In this document: positions 52,301-64,000 of the stretch, piece after piece
Layout: every line of letters starts with the position of its first letter
Numbering within the stretch: the first letter of the stretch is position 1
Assembly (NCBI GenBank): GCA_050273025.1
Contig: CP158635.1
Coordinates: 31,930,001-31,994,000 of the forward strand
Reading direction: 5' to 3'
Source: Cenococcum geophilum
Lineage: Eukaryota
Length of the DNA: 64,000 nucleotides
Notes under the pieces: generated by a model
Databases searched by the model: none
Told to the model about the DNA's origin: nothing
The model's input: the letters and a program-made list of their open reading frames with translations, nothing else
Program-made: the position numbers and the translations under genes

Positions 52301-53465
52301 CAGACGTGCACAATGCGACAGTCAGGGCATTCTGACCGCCAGTTGTTTGCACATCAGTTGTTAGCGTGCGGGCTGCTACGGAATCACTGCATTGCTTGAT
52401 TAGCCTATGTTAAACGTTCGTTGTTTTCTCTGTACCGCGAATGAGTTATGTAGGACTGCCAGGTTGGTTTTTACCTAGCCAATGCTCGCGGTATAACATC
52501 AGATAAGTCAGTGATCTATTTGGACTGGCGTGGCGTGGGTCTGAGGTCAAATCCACTCCAATGCTCCAGTCCAAATCGAATGCACCATACCTGGATAGGA
52601 ATAATAGTAACCTATATAGGCTAGCCTGCCACTTTGAATCCAATTGGCGCAAGTGTTCGCGCCAGCCCAAATAGATCACTGCGGATAAGAACTGAAATAA
52701 ATACATACTTATAACACCCAAGGGAGTGATAACCGTTGACACCCGGGTTTACGAAAGGGCCGACTGGACCCGGTGGAGTAGTGGTATTAAACACGGTCAG
52801 TCGGTCTGGCCCGCCGCATTGCTCTGTTTCGTTACCATTGCACGCCATGTTGCAATCCGATAAGGCTGCAGGGGTACTGGTTGAGGCGAGAGAATTTCCG
52901 CAGTCTGCAAGTAAAAATTAGACTCGGCGAATTTATACGCATCCAGGGGTTTTAGAGTCCCCGAGATGCAGGGAGATCTGGTGGCGATGCAGTGAAGAGA
53001 TCTGGTAGCGATGTAGAGAAGAAGATCTGGTAGCGAAACATTACCCAAGTATATGGTGGAAATGAAAACTTACAGCACTCTCCAGCATACTCTGTTCCAG
53101 CATATATGAAATTCTTAGAGATACAGAAGGAAACACAGGCCTCGTCAGTCATGGCATTGTCGCTGTTGTAACCCGCCCCAGTTAGGGTGCGCGCGCCCAC
53201 GCTATCACTGTGTTTCCAAAGGCGTGAGTAGGTTGTCTAGTTTCACGGACAGGAAACAACATACGTGTAACATCCTGTAAAAGTCCAATTGGTTGCCGGG
53301 TGTGCCGGAGCCACTAGAGCACGCTTCTCAATAACAACAGCACCAGCAAGAGAGACCTGCATATGACGAGCTCAGCAAATGACCTTGCGTTAGGGGAGAA
53401 GTGATACGCACAGACGATATTATTAGTAGGGCAGACAGAGCCGATTGAACGAATGTGGGAGCCAT
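49370..53465 (-). CDS. Secreted copper radical oxidase (AA5_1, glyoxal oxidase-like) with five N-terminal WSC domains; ~7 introns
   Basis: Signal peptide MAPTFVQSALSALLIISS; five W...GC(Y/L).D..R..C...C..G.EY..EC.C repeats; catalytic-domain motifs IFCAGG, RWYPT, RTYP, RLYHS, STHG, PPGWFQLF; GT-AG introns restore the frame between the ORF pieces. Confidence 0.95.
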
Positions 53466-54453
53466 ACTGGCTTTGACATGCAAGAAACGAGTGAAGGTGG
53501 TACAGAGTATGAGGGGAGGGAGAATGATCAATATTGTACTATCCGCAGGGCAGCTAGAGCACCGATAATTCCATTACCTAATCTTCGAAGGGTGTGAAGA
53601 TTAAAACGGCATAAGGCCAGGGACTATTGACTTTCGGTTATGGCGCACATGCTCGATGAACCAAAACTTCAGCTAGGCCCTTAGGATATTGAATTGAGCA
53701 GGCGATATCATATCGTCTAATTTGAGCTCCAAGAAAGGTTCGGGAAAGCGAGGGAGGGGGCAATTTGAACCGTGATGGAACTTGATAGCGAGACTGAAGA
53801 GAAATTTATGGCGCCAATGTGCAGATTGGGCGAAGCGGCGAAGAGTCGATATCTCTTGCATAACAAAATAGATGGTGGACAGGGGTACCGTACTTGGATA
53901 GTGCCTGGGCGGTTGATTTGCAGACACGATGAGTTGACCAGTCCATCGCGTGGGACGCATGGCGGTGGAGATGACGAAGGGTGGCATGGCGGATTCGGAC
54001 GGCAGCCCTGGGACGATGAATGTGGACACGGCAGGGGTACAAGGCAGAGGCCGTGCTCGGGCTCGGAATTATCCTTGCGGCCTTTTTTTAGCCTTGTTAT
54101 CGTCTGCGGCACGTCCCTGGGCCGCTGTGGCTCACGCCGTGGCGGCAGACTAACGGCCAATCATCACAACGAAACACGGTATCGTCGACACGACCAATTG
54201 CGCACAGGCAATGCTGAATTATTGAAACCCCCTACCCAGAACGCTCTAAAGTCATAACAGCGGTAACCAGTCTGATCTAGAAATGCGCCAGCACCGTGCG
54301 AGTCCCGTCCTTTGCACAAAAAAAAAAAAACAATGCAGCAAATTACAAGTCAGGTATAACGAATTACCGAGAGAAAATCTATTCTGCCATCTCACTGATT
54401 TCCACGTACGTGGACTGTGGCTTTCTTGCATGCAACAGCACTTCTTCCTACCC

Positions 54454-56171
54454 TCAGCAGGTGCCTTCTTTCCACATCTTTACACTCCTGACCGTAAGAC
54501 CCCTTTTGTCACCCTCGCCCCACGTGTTAATCCACTGAGGTTCACTGTCCCAGAACTCCTTTGGAGCAGTGCCGCTCATGTCACCCCAAGGCTTGTTACC
54601 AACCCCATCAGGGAAAAATCCATTCGTTGAGCCGACTGCGACATTCAAAATAAGATAGAATGGTTGATCAAACGGTGTATTGGCCCGGCCAGTCTGAGAC
54701 CATGGGTCGAAGAGGGCTGAGTGATTCAAAATCGACGAGCCAAACTTTCCCCTGTTCCACATGTTCTTGTAGTTTGAATTGAACTTAATAAAGAAAACTT
54801 GCTATAGGCCACATTAGCAAACACGCACTGGGTAGTAACAAAAGATGTATAAGATAGATAGTGTGTTGTTGAGCAGGGCTTTTGGCTTTGATGTGAAATT
54901 CACGCAAATGTGGATGCAGATAGAACATAGATGACTTCAAACTCACCAGAAGTCGGCTGTCAATATAGGTGAAGAGATAGTTCTCGCTCCACTACCGAAT
55001 CTGTTAGCGAGTGACTTTAGGCCAGTTACGTTATTGGCTTACCTCTACACCATAAGTGTGGAAGCTTTCAGTGTAGTCTGTTCTGCGGAGGAGATGCTGG
55101 CCAGATGTCTTGTAGAATGCGTCTGCCTCAGGCACAGGGCCCCAATGCAGAGCACTGATCAATGCGTCTCTGCCACCACTAGGGTAATCATCCCCATAGT
55201 TCCCCCTGCTTTCCGCAATGTCGATCTCTCCGGAGGCAGGCCATGGACCATAAGTGTCTTGCTCTGGCATCATCCAGATGGCGGGCCAAAGCCATGAACC
55301 TTTCGGCATTTTCGCTACAACCTCGACTTTTCCATATGTAATCATTTTTTTTCCTTTGGTCGTTAGACGCGCGCTGCGGACCGGGTTAATGATCGTGCCG
55401 GCTGTCTTATTGCTGCGGATAGAGCACATGGTGACATCATTGGACGTGCATGTGCCATCCGTGGTAAGGTTGAGGACGTAGCCATCATACAACTGATCAA
55501 CGGTGATACCGGTTGTCGCTGTCGTAAGTGTTGGGACTATATGAAGACCATTTTCATCCGTATAGGCGTTTTTTGGGTCATCAGTCGTCCATTCGAATGT
55601 GCCACTGCCGAAACCACCGCGCTGAATTTCGTAGCTCCACGTGTTCGCATCAATGCTTTTGAATTCATCATCTAAAACCAGGCAGTACTATCTCGCTGTC
55701 AGTAGAAAATTGGACACATTGGCTGCACAATTTTACCTCGTGGTTGGTCACGGAAGCGTAGGCAAAATAGCAAATTAGACCACCAAGGGCAAAACCAATG
55801 AGGATGGAGCCCCAGAAAATTATCCTTTCCCATTTTCGACGAGGATTCTTCTCAATCGTCCACGGCTTATCATACCTAAGCTATTGTTAGCAACCACATA
55901 TACAGAGAAGATAGCTTCCTTACTCTCCACCTGTATACCGGGCGCTCTTGAATTTCCGAAGTCGTGGTACGTGTTGTCCTAAATCCACCGTGAGACCGTG
56001 GAACCGCTGTAAAATTCATCCGTGGAACTTACCATTGATTGCAGCAGTGGGAAAATATGAATGCGGCCGTCTCTCGTCCTCAGTTGGGGCGCGACTTAGG
56101 CGGACTGGAGTTGCAAATGGGTTCGTCCCTAAATGTACGGGCGGCGTGTGAACGGAATTGCTGCTGGACAT
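54454..56171 (-). CDS. GH16 beta-glucanase / beta-1,3-glucan-binding protein-like, type II membrane anchor; ~5 introns
   Basis: WLWPAIWMMP...YGPWPASGEIDIAE catalytic motif, SARL.T, FHTYG.EW, PFDQPFYLILNVAVG; N-terminal cytoplasmic part then TM (IIFWGSILIGFALGGLICYFAY); ATG at 56171. Confidence 0.93.
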
Positions 56172-58152
56172 GATGGAGTATCACACAGCGCTCCTCTTCT
56201 TGGTGACTAGAGTAATCTAAAATAAAAGCGGAAGGACTGGAAGATCTGCTTGAGGTATACTTGCAAGGCCCACGGATCGACAATCTCGGCTCAAAAATCA
56301 ATAATTATTCCTAGAACGCCCCACTCGCATGCTGGACTGTATATTGAGGCAATACAGGGGTTTTTGGAACGTCTTGTGGTCCAGCCCAGAAGAGCGTGGA
56401 AGTCAGCAAGTTCTTGAGAACCTCCACACCAGGCGTCGAGCGGCAGCTAGTGGCCGCCAACCCCCGGTGCGTGTCAGCCACCAGTGAGCTCGAGCGGCAG
56501 TCAGGCGAGTAGACAAGCAGAGAAGCGCCAGCAACAAACTTAGTGGAGCTGATTGCTCGGTCGGGAGCAGTAGCAGGGTTGAGGTGGCTGGAGTAGGCAC
56601 GGAGCACGAGGTTGATGGAAGAAATGCACTAGAGCTGCAGGCACGTTGAATACGGAAGTACTGGGGTGGCTCGGATCTTGGGCGCTACATGGGGGATAGT
56701 CGCAAGCCGCTCCCCTGGCGCGAGCGATCCCTGGCGCGACGCCCTTTCGGCCTGGGATAGCGATCCTTGGCGGAGTGTTTTAATCTTCGCGAAGTGATGC
56801 ATCCAGCATCGTGCGTCGCGCAATGAGATGGGTCTGAATCAAAGGCGATAACAAGCTTCCATTCACCTCAGCGCATCGTTCTGCCGCGCATTCTCGTCAG
56901 CATAGCGATTCTCTCGAGACCACACCCTCACCGATTGCAAAAGGGGCGCACAGCCTATCAGTGGTGGAGAGAGCATTGTTGTTTCTGCTGAAACCAAAAG
57001 CCCAAAAGCCCGGGGTGGCGGTTGTGGAAATTAAGCTTAAGCCGCCGAGGTTAGGGAAGAAAAACAACGGCGCCACGTGCACAAGCTCGCTGCACAAAAT
57101 AATATGGCCTAGTCTCTATTTTCTGTGCTCAAACTAGAGGATTATCGAATATCCGACGTTATCGCAACAGCCGCGGGATTCCCCTCCCCTTATTCCATGC
57201 AGCCACCAATATTGAATCTTCTGGCCATGTCATTTCATACGAATGCATTGCTGTGCGGTAAGGAAAGCCCCTTGTCTCGCCCAGGCGAACCGCCAGCTCG
57301 GGAGTCCGTTTGATGACAATCCGGCCCGTGCCTCCAAGTTTTGGTCCTCAGGGTGAGCTGGGGGTCTCCAGGGAAGTTCAAGTGGTTTTGCCAATCCAGG
57401 AAAAGCTCCGTGGCCCACCAGTTTGTCCAAGACGGCAATTGATCCTAGGAACACGACACAGCTCGTTCTGCTGGGGTTCTAAAATTGTTGCATGGCGTCC
57501 ACATCGGTCCTGCTCTTCTTCGCTTCCCATGTGGATATCCTGGCTTTTTGCGTGGTTTCAAGGTTTCTGAGATACCAGTTGGCTGAACTGGACCAAGAAG
57601 CACAACGCCCCGATTTCACACGACCGTATTTGGGTGCTGCCAGGGGCCAACCTGATGCCGACTCACTTTGATACAATCAAATGGCCAATGCTGTTTCCAT
57701 TACCGATAGTGGGCGGTGCCAAGTGATACTCTTCCGTTGAGAAGATACACCATCGTTATTGCCGCTACGTGGCATCGCATTAGGCATCTGAGGGGCGCTT
57801 GCATGCTGATAATGCTACAATTGGTTCCAGTCTGGACGGCCGAAGCAATATTGTCCTTAAACGCTAAAGATCGTGTTTCCCAACTTGGCGGTACGCAGGC
57901 GGCAGCTCCGACTCCATGCCTCAGTTAGTCCACGAATCATTTTTACGCGCAGTTCAGCCCAGCCCAACGAGCATGGGTCTGTGGATTAAGCGTCCTAGTT
58001 ATCTGCGGGGCGAGGGCCGTATATTCGGAGCTCAAGTGTCAGCGAACTCTTCTTTCACTCCTTCGTGTGGGTAATCCCTCAATCAGCGGCGATCATTCAA
58101 TCTTGAAGGGTACACGCATTCGTTCAATTGTCTTTCTTATATTTCATTCACC

Positions 58153-61100
58153 ATGGCATTGTCCCTTGGCTTCGACCGTGATTCTCTCAGAGAAGGGCTG
58201 GGTTCTGGAGTTAGGTTCCAACAGCCACCCCTGACGATGCGGGACAGTACAGGCTCCAGCATTGTGTCCAACCCTACGAATGGTGGAGATCGACATGATG
58301 TGGTGAGTTCGTTGTGAACACCTTGAATCGAAGGATGTTTATCAGTTGGCAATTGATCCGTAATGTAGACATCTTATTAACGTATTCGTAGATGGTCAAG
58401 TTTCTACATCGACGATGTACACAAGCGAAATGGCTGGAACCTCCGGAGGATGAGTTTGGTATCGTGGATGGTGGTGCAGCCGATCTTGGTGTGATGCTGC
58501 GACGATCAGATGGCATATACACCGCGGAGCCAATGTTCTTAAACCAGGATCTAGTCGCAGCTGTGGAGAAGCTCGGTGTGGCTGTTGCCTTCACAATGTC
58601 TTCTGAAATTACACTCGCTCTTCTTCAGCAAGTCACACCATTCCAGACAGAGTTCTCCTTAGATCCGCGTGGATTCATGCTCCCCATAGTCAACTCGTTG
58701 AAGGACATTGCGACAGGAAAGTCGGCAATCACCAAGGACGCTTATGTCTGTTTATGCCGACAGGAGCGATTGGTGCTTGTTTGGGGAGACACGGTGCCAG
58801 GTATTCTTGCACATGGTACCGACATTGAGACCAGACTTCTCGGCTTAGTCTGGGGCTCCCACATCTCCAATCCTGGAACAGCGTCTCCGTATCGCCAATC
58901 CGTCTCTCCCGGCCAAATAAGGCAGTCCATGTTCCCAATCGCATCTCATCGAGGAAGCGGCCCGATGCCTGCTGAGATGAATGAAAAGATCGACGCAATC
59001 GATCGTGCCATCGAGGTTGAGGAGCAGGGTGACAAAGCCTTCGATCCAGAAAAAGAGGGCGAGGAGCTACCAGAACGACCATTCTTACTTATACATGCTA
59101 TGCTCGTTGGTCTAGCGATGGTTCTTGTCGTGGTTGTAGAGATGGCTTGTCTTGCTAAAGTCCGTATTGAATACCAAAGTCTTAAAGAACAAAGCCTAAC
59201 ATTCTAAAGTTGATAACTGAATATCGTTTGGATGGAAAAATGTTGCGGTTTGCACTGGTATGTATAACTCTTGTTCATCCTTGCCTTAGAAACCGGAAGA
59301 TATAGGGTACGGGTCCACACTAAACCAGTTCGCTGACATTGTACGAAGGTTGCGACAATCCCACTCTTTGCATCATTCTCGCTGGTAGGTTATAAGCCAA
59401 TAAAATTTATCTTGCTACAAGGCTGAGCCTTCTGGCCTCCATACATGAGTCTTGGTATACTAGATTCCCGGCTAACACCACCTCGGTTAATGGTAGTTCT
59501 TCATGATCGTCATTACCGGCTCCCTCTTCCAACTATTTGGGCCATTGTCGAGTGTCCAAGGAAATAGTGTCTATTACTCAGGTGTGCCCCTCGCGATAAG
59601 CCGTGTTGCATTGCTGGAAGTCGTGTTTAACAAGCCGATAGGAAAGGCGCCAAAGCCTCAGAGGCATCCAAACATCGAACTTCCGCACGTGACTATTCAA
59701 ATGCCCGTGTATAAAGAAGGGTTGAAAGGGTAATTTACCACCGCTGTCAATAAAGTAATATGCTAACTTTATAGTGTCATTATCCCAACCGTTACTAGCT
59801 TGCTTGATGCTGTGAAGCATTATGAAGAGCAAGGGGGTACTGCATCCATTTATGTTAACGACGATGGCATGCGCTTGGTCAAAGAGGACATGCAAGAGGC
59901 CCGTAAAGCTTTCTACGAACTCAATCACATTGGATGGTGTTCTCGTCCGGCTGCCAATCCGGACAAGGATAGTCCGGATTACTATGTGCGGAAGGGCCAT
60001 TTCAAAAAAGCTTCCAACATGAACTACTGCCTTGACTTCTCTATTCGCGTCGAGGATGAGCTCTTAAAATTGATTGCAGACACCTGTCGGGAACGCAGTT
60101 GCACTCAAGACGATCTTTCCATTGAGGACGAGGATAAGTTGTACGAACAGGCTCGCAATACTATCGTTGAGCGCGACGACGGTAAGACTTGGGCCGCCGG
60201 TAACGTTCGTCTTGGTGAGGTGATCTTAATTATCGACTCCGATACTCGTGTTCCCGAAGATTGTCTTCTTTACGGTGCTCTCGAAATGCATGAAAGCCCC
60301 GAAATTGCTCTTCTTCAGCATGCTTCTGGAATTCTTCAAGTTGTCAACAATGTCTTCGAAAACGGTATAACTTACTTCACCAACCTAATTTACACCTCCA
60401 TCCAATTTGCCGTTGGCAACGGTGATTGTGCACCTTTCGTCGGCCACAACACATTCATTCGGTGGAAAGCCATCCAAAGTATTGCGTTCGAAGAAGACGG
60501 GCAAACCAAGTTTTGGTCTGAAGACCACGTTTCTGAAGATTTCGACGTTAGTTTAAGGTTACAAATGAATAACTTCGTCGTCCGTCTCGCCACCTACCAC
60601 AACGGCGGATTCAAGGAAGGCGTCTCACTCACTGTCTATGACGAACTGGCTCGCTGGGAAAAATATGCTTACGGTTGTAACGAACTTGTCTTCCACCCGC
60701 TGCATAAGTGGGTATACAAGGGGCCTCTCACTCCTCTGTTCCGGAAGTTCCTGTTTAGCAACATCAAGATCACGTCCAAGGTTACAATTCTTGCTTACAT
60801 TGGCACTTACTACGCAATCGCCTCCGCCATCCCACTCACTCTTGCCAATTATCTAATTGTGGGCTGGTTCTCCGATAATGTTGATCAATTTTACATTACA
60901 TCCTGGAAGATTTTCGTTGGTATGGCCGTTATCTTTAACGTGCTGTCGCCGACGGCATATGCTATGTTGCGACATCGTCTTGGCCAAACGACCTTCTTCT
61001 GGTCACTCGTTGAGACGGCAAAATGGACGCCCATGTTTCTGCTATTCTTCGGCGGTATTTCGTACCACCTGTTGAAGGCGATTTTGTGCCATTTCTTTAG

Positions 61101-61418
61101 CATCAAGATGGAATGGACCACCACTGCAAAAGAACTAACCGAGTCCGGCTTCCGTGTTGGTTTGGACAGAATCGTTCGCGACTTCAAGTACATGTACCTC
61201 TTCATCTTGCCGGCTATCGGCGGAATGATTTACCTGGCTCAATATGCCCCTCGAGGCTGGGCGATCTCAGACTTCGCGGCCATCGTTCCTCTTGCGAATC
61301 AAATTGGCTGCCACGCTCTGCTTCCTGTAAGTCCCGACCACTTCCTAACAGCAGTAATTATTTTCCCGTAAAACCACCAAATACTAACCTCTTGCAGTTT
61401 GCCCTTGGTCTCTTCTAG
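58153..61418 (+). CDS. Multi-pass membrane glycosyltransferase family 2 (processive glycan synthase-like); ~7 introns
   Basis: Motifs QMPVYKEG, NDDG, KKASNMN, IIDSD, SEDF and ELARWEKYAYG (D,D,D,QxxRW-like); TM segments before and after the catalytic domain; first intron 58303-58391, last intron 61327-61397. Confidence 0.93.
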
Positions 61419-62250
61419 GATGTCTCTCCCGCGCCCTCGCACAGCGCTCTCACGTATCTTACTTCGTCACGATCATTTAATACATTACTGTTTAATCTCC
61501 GGTCGCATCGTTCTCATGGTTGGCTCGACCGCGATCCAAAAACCTTACTCTCGCCTTGGCATGATAGAAACCCGGTGTTTTTGGGAGAAATCTTTAGAAT
61601 GGGAATAGCAACATCTTCTGTGGAGTCGTCTTTGAGATTTCAATCGTACTCAAAGTTGAAATTGAATCTGTCATTGGAACATGTCGTTGATGCAATGTCT
61701 TGTTCTGTTACTGATTTATTCTTTCTAGTGAGGGAGCAATTGTGTTGTCAGACGTTGTGTTCCTTGTTTATTTCGGCTTCTTTGCAAGCGAGGGGCTAGC
61801 ATAGGTAAGGGGTGAGTGGCTCTCCTGTTACGAGTTGATGTCCTTTATTAGTATGGGTATAATACATATTGGCCTATTGGCCATCGGGTGATCATAAGAA
61901 AAACAATATCCGTACTTATATGGTCCACAAACTGCTCAGCTTCTCTGTTGTGTTTATTCTCCCGAAGAGTTCATAGTAGTTGCGAACAAAGCGCGCTGAA
62001 GAGGTAAGCGAACCTATCATTGAATCCTGTTCGATTGCGATGACTAGCGGTAGAAACGCAACCCTCGAGGATTTCTGACTGAAGATGGATGGATAGTTCA
62101 CAATTCAGAGCAGAGAAACAAAAGGTATAAAGAATTCAAAGCCAGCATCTCAGTCGTTTCGAGTTCTCTCGTTCGCTTAGACAGACTATCGAACGAGTGG
62201 TATACCTGTGGTGGGGAGCCGACTGCGTTTCCGTGTGCATCGCAAGCCAG

Positions 62251-62718
62251 TAGGGGGGTTTCGATGGAACGATATATTCGTTCGATATGATCGACGTACT
62301 AAATATTTAGCGCTTACTTGACGTCAACTTCGTTAAATATCAATTTGTCATTTAGGGGTTTCGAGACAAATCATTGGGTGGTTGAAAAGGCTGGCTAGAC
62401 GCGACTGAGACGGCGCCGTGTGCGCGGCGCAGCTGCTCCACCATATTAACGGTAGATTCGACACTACGTGTAGGATCAAAAGGCATGGTGGTAAAGGCAA
62501 AATGTGGAAAATATGAGGCTATTTGGAGGGCTTGATCAAAACGTGTAAAAGGTCGAAGATTTCGATGTTATACAACATCGTTTCAAATGATACTTGCCAA
62601 GAACCAGGTTCGATATTTTGAATGACTAACTAAATACTGCTAGTACGTGTCGATCGCTCGTTTCGACTTACTTACACTAAATATCGAACGAATATATCGT
62701 TCCATCGAAACCCCCCTA
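62251..62718. mobile_element. MITE (~468 bp) with perfect 38-bp inverted repeats
   Basis: taggggggtttcgatggaacgatatattcgttcgatat at 62251-62288 and its exact reverse complement at 62681-62718; non-coding interior. Confidence 0.9.
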
Positions 62719-64000
62719 GTCTCGTAAGAGATTGACAGCTGTCATTCATATCAGGCTAGACACCACCTATCACTGCCCAATAGAGCTGAACACGACAAGA
62801 GCTTGTCAAAGCTTATCAGATTTCCACGAATGACCTGATAACGCCAACCTCAGCGGCGTTCTCAAAACGCACCCCTTCATGATTCATGGGAAATAACTAA
62901 CATGAAAATCGTACGCTAGGGCTGATAGATAGCTTTACTCCTTTTTTGCTTCAGTCTATGAACATTGAAGTGAGCGGTATAACAACTGCAAGAAAGTGCC
63001 ATCAAACAGCTCTCGGACAGCTGCTCACCCTTAATGAGCAGTACAATCACGAACCCTATGCTTTCGACCGTAGCTTTAATTCTTGAGTTCTTACCATATC
63101 ATTGGTACCGAGTTCGAAAATTTTAGGTTATGGCGCAGGCTTGGCTGGCTGACAGAAAGCCTTCCAACAAACCATCGAAAGCTATGTCGTTAAATTTTAT
63201 CTGTGATTCGATACTAAGTCGTAACTAAAATCCTCTAAATGCTTACGAAAAATATTGCTAATAATCTGAATGAGGCTATTTCTCAAACGTCCGAAGGGGT
63301 AAGTGTCGACCTGAATCGGACTTCCTTACCACCATCGTACTACTGTCTGACGACCTAGATCGTCTGTACGAACTATGTCTTAGTTGTCTCTCAACTTATG
63401 ACTAAATGTCTCATCGAATGTCTTATTACCTATTTTCTATTACCTATTTGACTCAGTTGCCTGGACCTACCTGATCTATGTAGAGAGCTTCTAGAGCCAT
63501 ATTCAATAGACCGAGTCCTCATCCTATTCTACGTTCAACAGTAAGTTACAGGCGTTACTAAATTGCCAGAGATCCAACTCAAGGTTTCAAAAGTGTTCAC
63601 TACTGCCAAGCGTAATACCGAGACCATCCAGATCTCAGCCCCATCCCGAGATCTAGAGTGCTCATAGGGCGGGGACTGCATGGAAGTCGGACATCAATCT
63701 TTCAACTCCGAGATGCAGGTCAGACGGCCCGCAGAGGCCCCGCTCTGGTTACTACTGCACGTGTTTTTGTGCTCAGCGATTGTACCTGCGTGAAGCGCTA
63801 ATGCACTAACGGCTGCACGTCGGGCCTCTTCTCACGCAAGACTGGGAGAATGAGGGCTCGGGATTGCGCTAGACTTGGCAACGGCATGCCACACAGCCTG
63901 TGCGAAAAGCTTCATTTCCGTCTAGCCAAAGAATCATTCCCTTTTGCTTCTTTCACGACTACCTCCGCTAACCTCTTCCGTTCCTCCGATCTAACCCTAA

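Noticed and set aside
53673..54257. 161-aa and 147-aa ORFs between the oxidase and GH16
   Set aside because: GC-rich promoter-like region open in several frames; no domain evidence.
63991..64000. ctaaccctaa resembling a telomeric repeat
   Set aside because: Fewer than two units, at the window edge, in a pyrimidine-rich context.
1..64000. Starship giant transposon
   Set aside because: No tyrosine-recombinase captain or element boundary was recognisable in this window.

Overview
Fungal (filamentous ascomycete-type, spliceosomal introns) genomic DNA in two compartments. Positions 1 to ~46,300 are an AT-rich block of nested transposons degraded by repeat-induced point mutation (RIP: TpA-rich, CpA/TpG-poor, LTR pairs differing mostly by C>T/G>A). 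It holds four Gypsy elements (three with a visible chromodomain), three Copia elements (two GalEa-like), a hAT transposon, a Tc1-like transposon, several MITEs and solo LTRs, and one intact host-like gene (GGCT/AIG2-like) on a ~1.5 kb island. Positions ~46,300-64,000 are GC-balanced and carry a CFEM-like single-pass membrane protein gene and a three-gene group: a 5xWSC copper radical (glyoxal) oxidase, a membrane-anchored GH16 and a divergently transcribed processive-type GT2. This trio may be a glucan synthesis/remodelling/oxidation cluster. Other leads: a spliced antisense Zn2Cys6-like ORF inside a Gypsy element, palindromic cis-modules shared by Gypsy and Copia elements, and twin MITEs with one body but different termini. 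TE proteins were read by manually reversing RIP changes, and all family calls come from motif recognition, not database searches.
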